Program-made: the position numbers and the translations under genes | Part shown: one piece after another, positions 18,986 through 26,914 of the stretch | Layout of the letters: every line of letters starts with the position of its first letter | Position numbering within the stretch: the stretch's first letter is position 1 | Notes under the pieces: generated by a model | Seen by the model: only the letters and a program-made list of their open reading frames with translations | Told to the model about the DNA's origin: nothing | Databases searched by the model: none | Assembly: GCA_964527115.1 (NCBI GenBank) | Contig: CAZGPK010000003.1 | Coordinates: forward strand, 13,189-77,188 | From: an uncultured Gammaproteobacteria bacterium | GTDB lineage: Bacteria > Patescibacteriota > Microgenomatia > UBA12405 > CAZGPK01 | Direction of reading: 5' to 3' | DNA length: 64,000 nt

Positions 18986-20158
18986 ATGCTTATGGAAAAA
19001 GGGAAGATAAAAGAGAAGAAGGAGAAGCCCAGGGTTTTAGTTTCTTTGACGTATTTTTCCCCGAACGTTTCCGGAGTAACGATATATGCGGATATTCTGG
19101 CCCGGGAATTGGTAAAAAGAGGGTACGAGGTAGGGGTGATTTGCAGTCAAAACAAAAAAGATCTACCCAAACAAGAGACAATTGAAGGGGTAAAAATTTT
19201 TAGGGTAAGGGTCAATTTTGCCTTGGGAAAAGGGGTGTTGATGCTTGGCTTCCCAAAAGAGGCCTGGAAACAGGTAAAAATGGCAGATGTAGTTAATTGT
19301 CAGCTACCCCAGATAGAAAGCTTTGTCTTGGCCTTTTGGGCAAAGATCTTAAAAAAGAAACTAGTAATCACCCATCATTGTGAATTTGGGATAGACGGGC
19401 CATGGACAAATATAGTTACTGGAATTTTAAGCTATCCTTTTCACTTAATTTCTTATCTTTTGGCAGACAGAATTGTCTCCTATACAGAAGACTATGCAAA
19501 GCATTCCATTTTTTTAAGGCATTTTAAGAAAAAGACAGTTTTTGTTTTACCGCCGGTGCTGGTGGAGAAAACAGCCAAAGAGAAAGAGGTAGAGATTGGA
19601 GAAAAGATAGGCAGAGATAAGGATAGCAAGATAATTGGTTACGTAGGACGGGTCGCCTGGGAGAAAGGATTAAATTTTTTACTGGAGGCTTTGGAAAAAG
19701 TAAACCAAAAAATACCGGCAAAATTAGTGCTGGTTGGTCCGTATGAAGAAGTGCTGGGAGATAACTCTTACCAGAAACTTAAACCTCTTTTAGAAAAACA
19801 GAAAGATAAAGTAAAGCTTTTAGGTCCCCTGCCCCACAAAGAAATTGGGGCTTTTTTGAAAAATTGTGATTTGTTGGTTTTACCAAGCACTAATAACTTA
19901 GAAACGTTTGGAATTGTACAAGCTGAGGCAATGATTATGGGAGTACCAGTGGTAGCCAGCAATTTACCGGGAGTACGAGTGCCGCTGCAATTAACGGGAA
20001 TGGGAGAAATAGCTAAAGTTGGTGACAGTAATGATCTGGCAGAGAAAATTGTCAAGGTTTTAAAAACTTCTTACTCTCCACTATTTTCAAAAAAAGCTCG
20101 ATCTATCTTTTGCCTGGAGAGGTTTGTAGAAAATTACGAAGAAATACTAAGATCTTAG
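18986..20158 (+). CDS. GT4-family glycosyltransferase
   Basis: GT-B fold hallmarks: SGVTIYADILARELVKRGYEV at the N-terminus and the EX7E region ETFGIVQAEAMIMGVPVVAS. Confidence 0.8.
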   Translation: MLMEKGKIKEKKEKPRVLVSLTYFSPNVSGVTIYADILARELVKRGYEVGVICSQNKKDLPKQETIEGVKIFRVRVNFALGKGVLMLGFPKEAWKQVKMADVVNCQLPQIESFVLAFWAKILKKKLVITHHCEFGIDGPWTNIVTGILSYPFHLISYLLADRIVSYTEDYAKHSIFLRHFKKKTVFVLPPVLVEKTAKEKEVEIGEKIGRDKDSKIIGYVGRVAWEKGLNFLLEALEKVNQKIPAKLVLVGPYEEVLGDNSYQKLKPLLEKQKDKVKLLGPLPHKEIGAFLKNCDLLVLPSTNNLETFGIVQAEAMIMGVPVVASNLPGVRVPLQLTGMGEIAKVGDSNDLAEKIVKVLKTSYSPLFSKKARSIFCLERFVENYEEILRS

Positions 20159-20162
20159 CTTC

Positions 20163-20188
20163 CTAGTTCGAGTCCAGTGCGGGGAGCC
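20163..20188 (+). repeat. Island repeat copy 0 (tRNA T-arm-like, short variant)
   Basis: ctagttcgagtccagtgcggggagcc starts 5 nt after the GT4 stop codon. It aligns to copies 1 and 2 with a 5-nt gap. Confidence 0.6.
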
Positions 20189-20412
20189 CATAAAACATCC
20201 CGACTTTCTGGTTTACCGAAGACCCAAACTTTGACGAAATCATTAAAACGGACTCATAATACCATTTCTGTCCAAATCGCAATATTTATTCAAATTTTAG
20301 GTTGGGAAAATATATAAGGATGTTCACAGAAGAATACTTAGAGAAACCTAAAGTAAAATTAAGATTCAATGTGATAGTATGTAATGTGTTTAGCTGAAAA
20401 TACCCATAATAT

Positions 20413-20640
20413 ATGGTAAAATGCCTAATGCCAGCGAATTGTCCGGAATGCAAATTTGGTGAGTCGAATTATTGCTTGATAAAAAGAGTTTTTATTGATC
20501 GAAGAGGAGAAACAGTTAAAGAAGAATCTTTTGGAAGTCAGTCTCTCATAGTTTGTCGGCCTCCAGGAACTCGCTCTGGATTTCCATATCGTAATCGGAT
20601 TGCACCCCTTGGGTACTGTGAAAGTGGCGAAAAAAAGTAG
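20413..20640 (+). CDS. Small Cys-rich protein (possible Zn-binding; 75 aa)
   Basis: C4, C10-x2-C13 (CPEC) and C21, plus C48 and C69. Lies 12 nt upstream of the AlaRS-like gene on the same strand. No clear SD, so coding status is uncertain. Confidence 0.35.
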   Translation: MVKCLMPANCPECKFGESNYCLIKRVFIDRRGETVKEESFGSQSLIVCRPPGTRSGFPYRNRIAPLGYCESGEKK

Positions 20641-20652
20641 GAACTTAAGACT

Positions 20653-21837
20653 ATGCCAAGAAACGAGTTAGATCCCTTAACCAAATTTGTTGAAAATAAC
20701 AGCCTATGTCTTAATGGTGAATTTATTTATCCCAGAACAGTATCAAATCCAGACTTCTCCTTCAGGGAACCAATCACTCACGATGGGAGACATTTTAGGT
20801 TTCTCGAATCTCCTATAGATCAAAAAGGGGCAGAGTTACTATCAACACCCGACTTCTTTAATCAATTTTTTACTAAAAACGGTTTTGATGTAATATCACC
20901 AATTCCATTGGTTAATAAAAACGGTACAACCTTATTTATTTGTGCTGGAGTTCAAATTCTTGACTCTGTAATTCATCAAGAAGCTCCAATTCCCCAAAAA
21001 CCGTCATTTGTGGCTCAACCTGTTCTAAGAACTCAGTTTATAGACTATATCGGAGAAGGGACATCGACTAGCTTTATTAACGTATCAACCTGTCAACTAA
21101 ACCTCAGCCGTCAAGAACATTTTCAGCATTTACAAACTTGGGTAGATCTATTTTTACAACTAGGACTTAAGGAGACAGATTTATATTTCAAAATCAAACC
21201 CTATGAACAGCGATGGGGGGACAAAGTTGTAAAAAGCGAAAAAATCTTTATCATTTATGACGGATTAGAAATAGGAGATTCTTCCTATGTTGAGAATCTT
21301 CCTCAAAAAGGCAGACGCAATTTATCCTTAAGTGATATTGGTTTCGGGTTAGAAAGAATTAAATGGATTATGCAGGGAGGGTCATATTTTGACGTATTAG
21401 GCAATGGCAGAGTATCGGATAATATTGACAGAGTATCAGCTGTTTGCACCCACACCCTATCTCTATTAGCTGGTGAAGGTCTAAAACCATCCAACAAGGA
21501 ACAGGGTTATCGATTTAGGTTATTCTCCAAAAAATTAGTTTCAGATATTTTAGGCAACCACTTAGAAACCAATGAACAAGTTAGAAGCTATTATGATTAT
21601 TGGAAAATATGGACCAATTTATCACTTTCGGTAGATCAAGCATTACATGCAGTTACTCAAGAAAATACCAGAAATTTCAATCGAAATTTATTGGACAAAC
21701 TCTGTGAAAAATATCCAGATGTTGGGTTAGATATAAATCTGCCGACTACCGTTATTTTAAAACGATTAAAAGGTACTAGTGTAAAACCAGATTATTTATC
21801 ACAGGTGCTTTATGAATTAAAATACCAGAATGGATAG
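20653..21837 (+). CDS. Stand-alone class IIc aminoacyl-tRNA-synthetase catalytic core, AlaRS-like paralogue (no tRNA-recognition, editing or C-Ala domains)
   Basis: Colinear with the AlaRS N-domain. TTLFICAGVQ matches TLLFTNAGMNQF and QPVLRTQ matches QRCVRAGG. SDIGFGLERIKWIMQGG matches VDTGMGLERIAAVLQ and KPSNKEQGYRFR matches MPSNEGRGYVLRR. Only 394 aa. Confidence 0.75.
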   Translation: MPRNELDPLTKFVENNSLCLNGEFIYPRTVSNPDFSFREPITHDGRHFRFLESPIDQKGAELLSTPDFFNQFFTKNGFDVISPIPLVNKNGTTLFICAGVQILDSVIHQEAPIPQKPSFVAQPVLRTQFIDYIGEGTSTSFINVSTCQLNLSRQEHFQHLQTWVDLFLQLGLKETDLYFKIKPYEQRWGDKVVKSEKIFIIYDGLEIGDSSYVENLPQKGRRNLSLSDIGFGLERIKWIMQGGSYFDVLGNGRVSDNIDRVSAVCTHTLSLLAGEGLKPSNKEQGYRFRLFSKKLVSDILGNHLETNEQVRSYYDYWKIWTNLSLSVDQALHAVTQENTRNFNRNLLDKLCEKYPDVGLDINLPTTVILKRLKGTSVKPDYLSQVLYELKYQNG

Positions 21838-22534
21838 TGATATAAATACATCAATTGGTCAAATATTTCTTGGCGGTGGTGGTGGAGCGGAAGATAGTGT
21901 TTTGCTCGATAAAAGATTTCTTAATGCTCTAAAAAACAAAAAAATTGTATATATTCCAATTGCTTTAACACCAAAGTTAGGTGGTTATGAAAGTTGTTTT
22001 GATTGGATAACCTCCACTTTAACTAACGCATCGGATGATTTTATTGAAATTTCCATGTGGATAGATCTTAATAAAAAAAGCATAACTGATTTGGAAAACT
22101 ATGGCGGAATTTATATCGGAGGTGGTAATACTTACAAACTATTAAATCATGTATATAAGTCTGGATTTAGTGAAGTCCTAATTGAATTTTATAACCGGGG
22201 TGGGCTAATTTATGGTGGAAGTGCCGGAGCAGTTATTCTAGGCAAATCAATTTCAATAGTTTCCGAAGAAAATGACGCGAACTATAAATATGAGAATGGT
22301 CTCAATTTGTTGAATGATAAATCCGTACTATGTCATTTTGATAAAGACATTAAGATTACAGTTGAGCACTTCATAGAGAATAAAAGAGGGGATGTAATCG
22401 CGCTTACTGAGAAGTCAGGACTAATAATATCAAATAATAATTCGGTTGAATCGGTTGGTTTTGAACCAGTAACTATTTATACCCTTTCGGGTAAAGACGA
22501 ACAGTTAAACCCTGGAGAAAAGTCAAAAATTTAG
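21830..22534 (+). CDS. S51-family serine peptidase (peptidase E / cyanophycinase-like)
   Basis: GIYIGGGNTYKLLNHV...GGLIYGGSAGAVILGKSI matches PepE IVIVGGGNTFQLL...ALYIGWSAGANL. VLCHFD matches INPHF. 8-nt overlap with the upstream gene. Confidence 0.8.
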   Translation: MDSDINTSIGQIFLGGGGGAEDSVLLDKRFLNALKNKKIVYIPIALTPKLGGYESCFDWITSTLTNASDDFIEISMWIDLNKKSITDLENYGGIYIGGGNTYKLLNHVYKSGFSEVLIEFYNRGGLIYGGSAGAVILGKSISIVSEENDANYKYENGLNLLNDKSVLCHFDKDIKITVEHFIENKRGDVIALTEKSGLIISNNNSVESVGFEPVTIYTLSGKDEQLNPGEKSKI

Positions 22535-22556
22535 ATGTGGTGTTATAATATTACCC

Positions 22557-23513
22557 ATGGTATCGCTAAAAGAAATCGGCCTTGTTGACACAATTGATTG
22601 TCATACTCATTCTGGTGGTGTAGACCTTTACAATCTATATACTGGTGATTTACCTATGGCTCAGTCTGTTGACGATTTAGTTCTTAAAGCCAGATCTTCA
22701 GGCATTTCTAAAGTAGTAACCTTTCCTTTTCCAACTACCGGCTATTACAATGTTCACGAGCTGGTCACACGTAACGTAAGAATTCCCTCGGGGCAACAAG
22801 ATTTCCCCTATCAAGTTGAAAATATGGCTTTAATAAAAGGTTGTGAGAACTCCGACCTTCCACTCTTACCTTTTATGGCCATCGATCCATCAAATCATAT
22901 TCAGGAACAAGTAGATAGCCTCCGCCAAAATTATAAAAAAAGAAAATTCTATGGTTTAAAATTACATACTCTGGCAACAGGTTCTACTGCTGATAAACTA
23001 ATTGGTTCAGAAATTGTAGAATTTGCTCAGGAAAAAAATATACCAATAATAATTCACTCAGGTTTGGGTGACGAGCATTCACACCCTCAAAACATAGTTA
23101 AATTAGCCAAACAGTCTCCAAACCTGCGTGTTTGTGTGGCTCACCTTGCTTGGTTAGACGAAGATACAATTAAAAATGTGGCTAAAACGAACAACGTGTT
23201 TATTGACACTTGTCCGTTTCTCCAAATATGTAACCGTGTCAGAAAAGGAAGTAAAATGGTATTTTCACCAAATTTAATAGATCCCAACAAACCAGCCGAA
23301 TCTTTGTTTAATTATTATAAATTATTAAAAAATAATTTAATTTGGGGTACAGATGAACCTTGGACAAAATGCATAAGTGCGAGAGGAAATGTCTCCAGTA
23401 ATCATACTTATGGTGACGAAGCCCAGGTTATTTCGGATCTATTTCAAATCTCCCCTCAAGCTGCGCTGGACATTACTTCTCGGAACACTGAAAGATTTAT
23501 CTTTGGTTCATAA
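22557..23513 (+). CDS. Metal-dependent TIM-barrel amidohydrolase (amidohydrolase_2-like)
   Basis: N-terminal HxH (IDCHTHSGG), internal IIIHSG and CVAHLAW His residues, and the C-terminal WGTDEPW Asp motif. Confidence 0.7.
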   Translation: MVSLKEIGLVDTIDCHTHSGGVDLYNLYTGDLPMAQSVDDLVLKARSSGISKVVTFPFPTTGYYNVHELVTRNVRIPSGQQDFPYQVENMALIKGCENSDLPLLPFMAIDPSNHIQEQVDSLRQNYKKRKFYGLKLHTLATGSTADKLIGSEIVEFAQEKNIPIIIHSGLGDEHSHPQNIVKLAKQSPNLRVCVAHLAWLDEDTIKNVAKTNNVFIDTCPFLQICNRVRKGSKMVFSPNLIDPNKPAESLFNYYKLLKNNLIWGTDEPWTKCISARGNVSSNHTYGDEAQVISDLFQISPQAALDITSRNTERFIFGS

Positions 23514-24769
23514 ATCTTAATCTGTCCACTAACTATTTTATTAGTTATTTCACTGTGTTTTATAAGATTTTCTTCAACTATATTACTTATACTCATCCTT
23601 AATTCCTCGTCAATATCTTTCTGATATCCATCTAGTGCGATAGCGGCTTGCCAGGGATCATTCATATCTCTGCCCATTTGTGAAGTTAAGTAAACAGTGC
23701 TTTCAATACCTAACGTTTTAAATATTTCTTCGGCAATAATGTCGCCAATTACAGTAAATATTTTTCCAGTATGATAAACAGGATTTTTTCCGCAAGGTGC
23801 CTCTGAGCTCATGTTCCTTGTAAAAGGGATTATTCCATTCGACCTGTTCCCTCTACCTACCGCTCCTTCGTCTCCGCTCTCAACTGCGCTCCCAATGGCG
23901 GTTAGATATATATCTTGATTATCAAAATTATCACGGGTATTTAATATAATATCTATCGAATATGTCGGAAATTCCCTCTTTAGCATATTGATAAGCAATT
24001 CTTTTAGTTCGTTTAGTTTTTGAATATAGAAACCCTGGTCAGGTGTAAATTCTGCAATAAATGGGATACATAAGGTTAACTCAATATTCTTACTAACTCT
24101 TTTTCCCATTACTTTAATATCAGTCCCAACATATTGATGAGATTTTTTAAATTTAGCGTTGTCTAGTAATCCCTCGGAAATAATCACCATGTTCTCCAAA
24201 TCCGATAAAGGAAAATAGCTTACCGTAGTGGAAGTATCATTCGACCTAAATCCATTGCTATGATGTTTTATATACTTTTCATCAGACACTGAAAAGAATT
24301 GACTTCTTTCATTCTTAGTCGTGCCATCCTTATTGTAAACCACTCCCGGTCCTTGGGAAAAATGTGTATTATCGATAATTTTTAACCATTTATCTGTATC
24401 TAATAACGGAAAGATATTTTTAAAGTGATCTTTTACAACATTATTGACGATTTTCATATAGTCAATTTCTTCATCTAAAAAAATATGAGTAAATCTTCCA
24501 TTTAGCAATATTCTTATTGGAGAAGTCATTTCTCCCTGACCAAAACTTACCTTTGAAGAACCTCCAAGGACGGCAACCTTATCCACCATATGACGTAAAA
24601 TTACCCCATACTTATCAAGACAATAAGTTGAGTATGCCACCGAAATTTTCTCCGCTACCGCATCACATAAATTGTCTGGGTGGCCAATCCCTTTCCTTTC
24701 GACAACTTCATACTCTGTATCATTGATATTTGGCTTACCTGTCTTGAAAACGACAAAATTATTTAACAT
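23456..24769 (-). CDS. Archaeal-type S-adenosylmethionine synthetase (MAT)-like protein
   Basis: VVERKGIGHPDNLCD, SNDTSTTVSYFPLS, GTDIKVMG and YLTAIGSAVESGDEGAVGRGNRSNG...GKNPVYHTGKIF are colinear with M. jannaschii-type MAT motifs. The 3' end overlaps the amidohydrolase gene by 58 nt. Confidence 0.85.
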   Translation of the reverse strand: MLNNFVVFKTGKPNINDTEYEVVERKGIGHPDNLCDAVAEKISVAYSTYCLDKYGVILRHMVDKVAVLGGSSKVSFGQGEMTSPIRILLNGRFTHIFLDEEIDYMKIVNNVVKDHFKNIFPLLDTDKWLKIIDNTHFSQGPGVVYNKDGTTKNERSQFFSVSDEKYIKHHSNGFRSNDTSTTVSYFPLSDLENMVIISEGLLDNAKFKKSHQYVGTDIKVMGKRVSKNIELTLCIPFIAEFTPDQGFYIQKLNELKELLINMLKREFPTYSIDIILNTRDNFDNQDIYLTAIGSAVESGDEGAVGRGNRSNGIIPFTRNMSSEAPCGKNPVYHTGKIFTVIGDIIAEEIFKTLGIESTVYLTSQMGRDMNDPWQAAIALDGYQKDIDEELRMSISNIVEENLIKHSEITNKIVSGQIKIYEPKINLSVFREVMSSAA

Positions 24770-24870
24770 ATGTTTCTGATTATATCTCTACTATCAGCGT
24801 CAGTAAACAAAAACCCATATTATTTTTATAATCTAGGAACCCCCTTCTCATTTTTTGATAAAATTAACTG

Positions 24871-25395
24871 ATGAAAACATATATTCTCCCCGGATACTCT
24901 GACAAAAATAAGTTTTGGGTTGATGAAACCGTCGCTTTTTTAAAACCAGCAATTCCGGCAATTGGTCTTTACTGGAATCATTGGGATGGCAGTTCCACAG
25001 AAGATGGCTGGATTGAAGAAGAAGCTCGAAGAATTATAAATGACTCAAATAATGAGAAAATAAATATTGTCGCTAAATCTGTCGGGGCAATGGTTTGTAT
25101 GGCTGTACTAAAATTAAAGCCAGAATTAGTAAATAAAGTAATTTTGTGTGGAATCCCATTTAAAGACTTTCTTCCAGGTGATGAAAAGAGATATGAGTCT
25201 TTAAAATCTGTTATGCCAAATAATATTCTGCGTATCCAAAATGAGGAAGATAATTATGGATCATTTGAGAAGACGGAATCCTTTGTTCGTTCAATTAATC
25301 CCAACATTAAAGTAGTCTCAAAACCACGAAACGATCACTACTATCCCTACTCGGAAGATTTCAAGAATTTCTTAATCGAGAACAATAATCAATAA
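24871..25395 (+). CDS. Small alpha/beta serine hydrolase (YdeN/RBBP9-like)
   Basis: 174 aa. Nucleophile elbow IVAKSVGAMV, acidic NEEDNYGS and C-terminal NDHYYP His. Divergent from the MAT-like gene across a 101-bp spacer. Confidence 0.6.
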   Translation: MKTYILPGYSDKNKFWVDETVAFLKPAIPAIGLYWNHWDGSSTEDGWIEEEARRIINDSNNEKINIVAKSVGAMVCMAVLKLKPELVNKVILCGIPFKDFLPGDEKRYESLKSVMPNNILRIQNEEDNYGSFEKTESFVRSINPNIKVVSKPRNDHYYPYSEDFKNFLIENNNQ

Positions 25396-25679
25396 AGCTA
25401 ACTTATACAATCGAAGTTTGTAATCTCTTAATTTCTCTTAATCTATTCTCCATCACCTCCATATCCATCGCGTTGTTAAACGCCTTATTAATCCTATCTA
25501 ACGCTACTATAATATCTTTAGAGCTGGGGAGCTCTACAGTGTAGGCGGGATGGGGTAAATTAGATTTGAATCAGATTTAGAAGATACTGCCCTACTCTCT
25601 TTGATAAGTTTATGTTGTTTTTCTTAGGGGAATAATTGATTAAAGATTGTGAGAGCGTGATGTTTGATAGAATTGGTGG

Positions 25680-26333
25680 ATGACTACAGAAGAGCCTCTT
25701 GAGATTCAGAGTGGTGCAATCGAAGAGAGGTTTGCAGCAAACAGGGAATTGCCACATATACGGGTAGATGATTTAAAACCGTTTTGGGTAAGGGGAATTA
25801 TTGATCCAGAAGATCCCTGGAGCATCCAAACAGTTGAAGAAGTACCAGTTAGGCTGATAGCGGCAAGTTCTGTTTTGAGAGATTGGGGCGATATTCAAAG
25901 ACAGAGTGGAGAAAAATTAAAAAGAATAGTTGATGGTCTTCGTTCTGGAGAGCTTGTGCCCGACAGGGAGCCAGTTATTCTTTTTGAATATGGGGGAATT
26001 TACGGCATATATGATGGGCAAAAGCGAATGATGGCGGCAAAGGCGCTGGGGATGGAAACTTGGCCAGCAAGAATACAGAGAACTATGCCAACCACTTTGG
26101 AATTTTCAAGAGATACGGCTGCCTATCACGAGATAATGGGAGGAAGAATGGAAGGTGGGCTGTGGGAAGGGAAGCTTGAAGAGGTTGCGCTTGACGAGCA
26201 AGGAGGCTTAGTTTCTTCTAGATGGTCAATAGAAAGATATGATGGTTTATGGGTTTTTGCAAAGAAAATGGATCTGGCTCGAAGTGTGTATGAAAAACTT
26301 GGAGCAAATGGACAGGCTCCAAGCCTAATATGA
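25680..26333 (+). CDS. ParB/Srx-fold (ParB-like nuclease domain) protein
   Basis: IYDGQKRMMAAKALGMETWPARI matches the ParB N-domain core (DG..R..Aa..lG...ip). 217 aa with no recognisable HTH. Confidence 0.55.
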   Translation: MTTEEPLEIQSGAIEERFAANRELPHIRVDDLKPFWVRGIIDPEDPWSIQTVEEVPVRLIAASSVLRDWGDIQRQSGEKLKRIVDGLRSGELVPDREPVILFEYGGIYGIYDGQKRMMAAKALGMETWPARIQRTMPTTLEFSRDTAAYHEIMGGRMEGGLWEGKLEEVALDEQGGLVSSRWSIERYDGLWVFAKKMDLARSVYEKLGANGQAPSLI

Positions 26334-26364
26334 TCGACAGGGTGGCGTAAAGTTAGCCTCAAAA

Positions 26365-26395
26365 CTAGTTCGAACATAGTCCAATTGAGGGAGCC
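26365..26395 (+). repeat. Island repeat copy 1
   Basis: ctagttcgaacatagtccaattgagggagcc. A 23-nt stretch (aaaactagttcgaacatagtcca) is identical to copy 2. Contains the 8-bp palindrome GTTCGAAC. Confidence 0.85.
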
Positions 26396-26470
26396 AATGA
26401 TATATCTTACCTAAGGATAGGGTTATTATCGTTTGATGCGGTTTGGGACTATAATGAGGTAAAATTAGCT

Positions 26471-26776
26471 ATGGAGAGTGATACGTGGTTAGTTAGTCCA
26501 AAAGAGCTTCGTGTCTCTGGATCTGTTCCCGCCGATGAAAGTGTCGTCAAAGAATACGAAAGATTACCAGCAGACACGATTCCTCCCGTCCAGGTTGTCA
26601 GACATCCCGAAGATGGTTTTCTTTATGTGGTTGATGGACACCATACATTGGAATCAGCTCTTAAGAGAAAAGATGAGCAGATACCAGTACAACGCTTTAC
26701 TGAAAACAGAGAGTTAAACGACCAAGAAGCAGAAAAGAGACGATTAAGATGGATAAAAAGCCAAAAGGGTGATTAA
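26471..26776 (+). CDS. Small ParB/Srx-fold (ParB-like nuclease domain) protein
   Basis: PPVQVVRHPEDGFLYVVDGHHTLESALKRKDEQIPVQRF carries the DGHH(R/T) ParB-like core. 101 aa. Confidence 0.6.
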   Translation: MESDTWLVSPKELRVSGSVPADESVVKEYERLPADTIPPVQVVRHPEDGFLYVVDGHHTLESALKRKDEQIPVQRFTENRELNDQEAEKRRLRWIKSQKGD

Positions 26777-26788
26777 GTGATCTTAAAA

Positions 26789-26820
26789 CTAGTTCGAACA
26801 TAGTCCAGCCGGGGGAGGCC
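26789..26820 (+). repeat. Island repeat copy 2
   Basis: ctagttcgaacatagtccagccgggggaggcc lies 13 nt after the stop codon of ParB-like gene 2. Confidence 0.85.
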
Positions 26821-26914
26821 AGCCAAGTTGGCATTTGATTAAGATTAAACACGTGTACTTGTTATACTTTGAATATGGATGAGTATATAGTAAAGCAATA
26901 AAGATAGAAGAAAA

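Noticed and set aside
20163-20190. The T-arm-like strings at 20163 and 29747, considered as genuine tRNA genes or tRNA 3' halves.
   Set aside because: The flanking bases do not form a T stem (cctag versus ccagt; agggg versus ctcgt). No complementary acceptor 5' strand exists about 70 nt upstream. They are kept only as repeat copies.
20190-20320. A 37-codon minus-strand ORF ending inside repeat copy 0, and a 25-codon plus-strand ORF at 20320.
   Set aside because: They have no SD, no recognisable motif, and are below any reasonable length threshold. The region is treated as intergenic or promoter sequence.
25396-25560. A minus-strand ORF fragment (...LPHPAYTVELPSSKDIIVALDRINKAFNNAMDMEVMENRLREIKRLQTSIV-stop), vaguely like the coiled-coil C-terminus of a type I R-M specificity subunit.
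   Set aside because: It has no start codon, stops lie immediately upstream, and it is too short for any confident family assignment. At most it is an unverifiable gene remnant.
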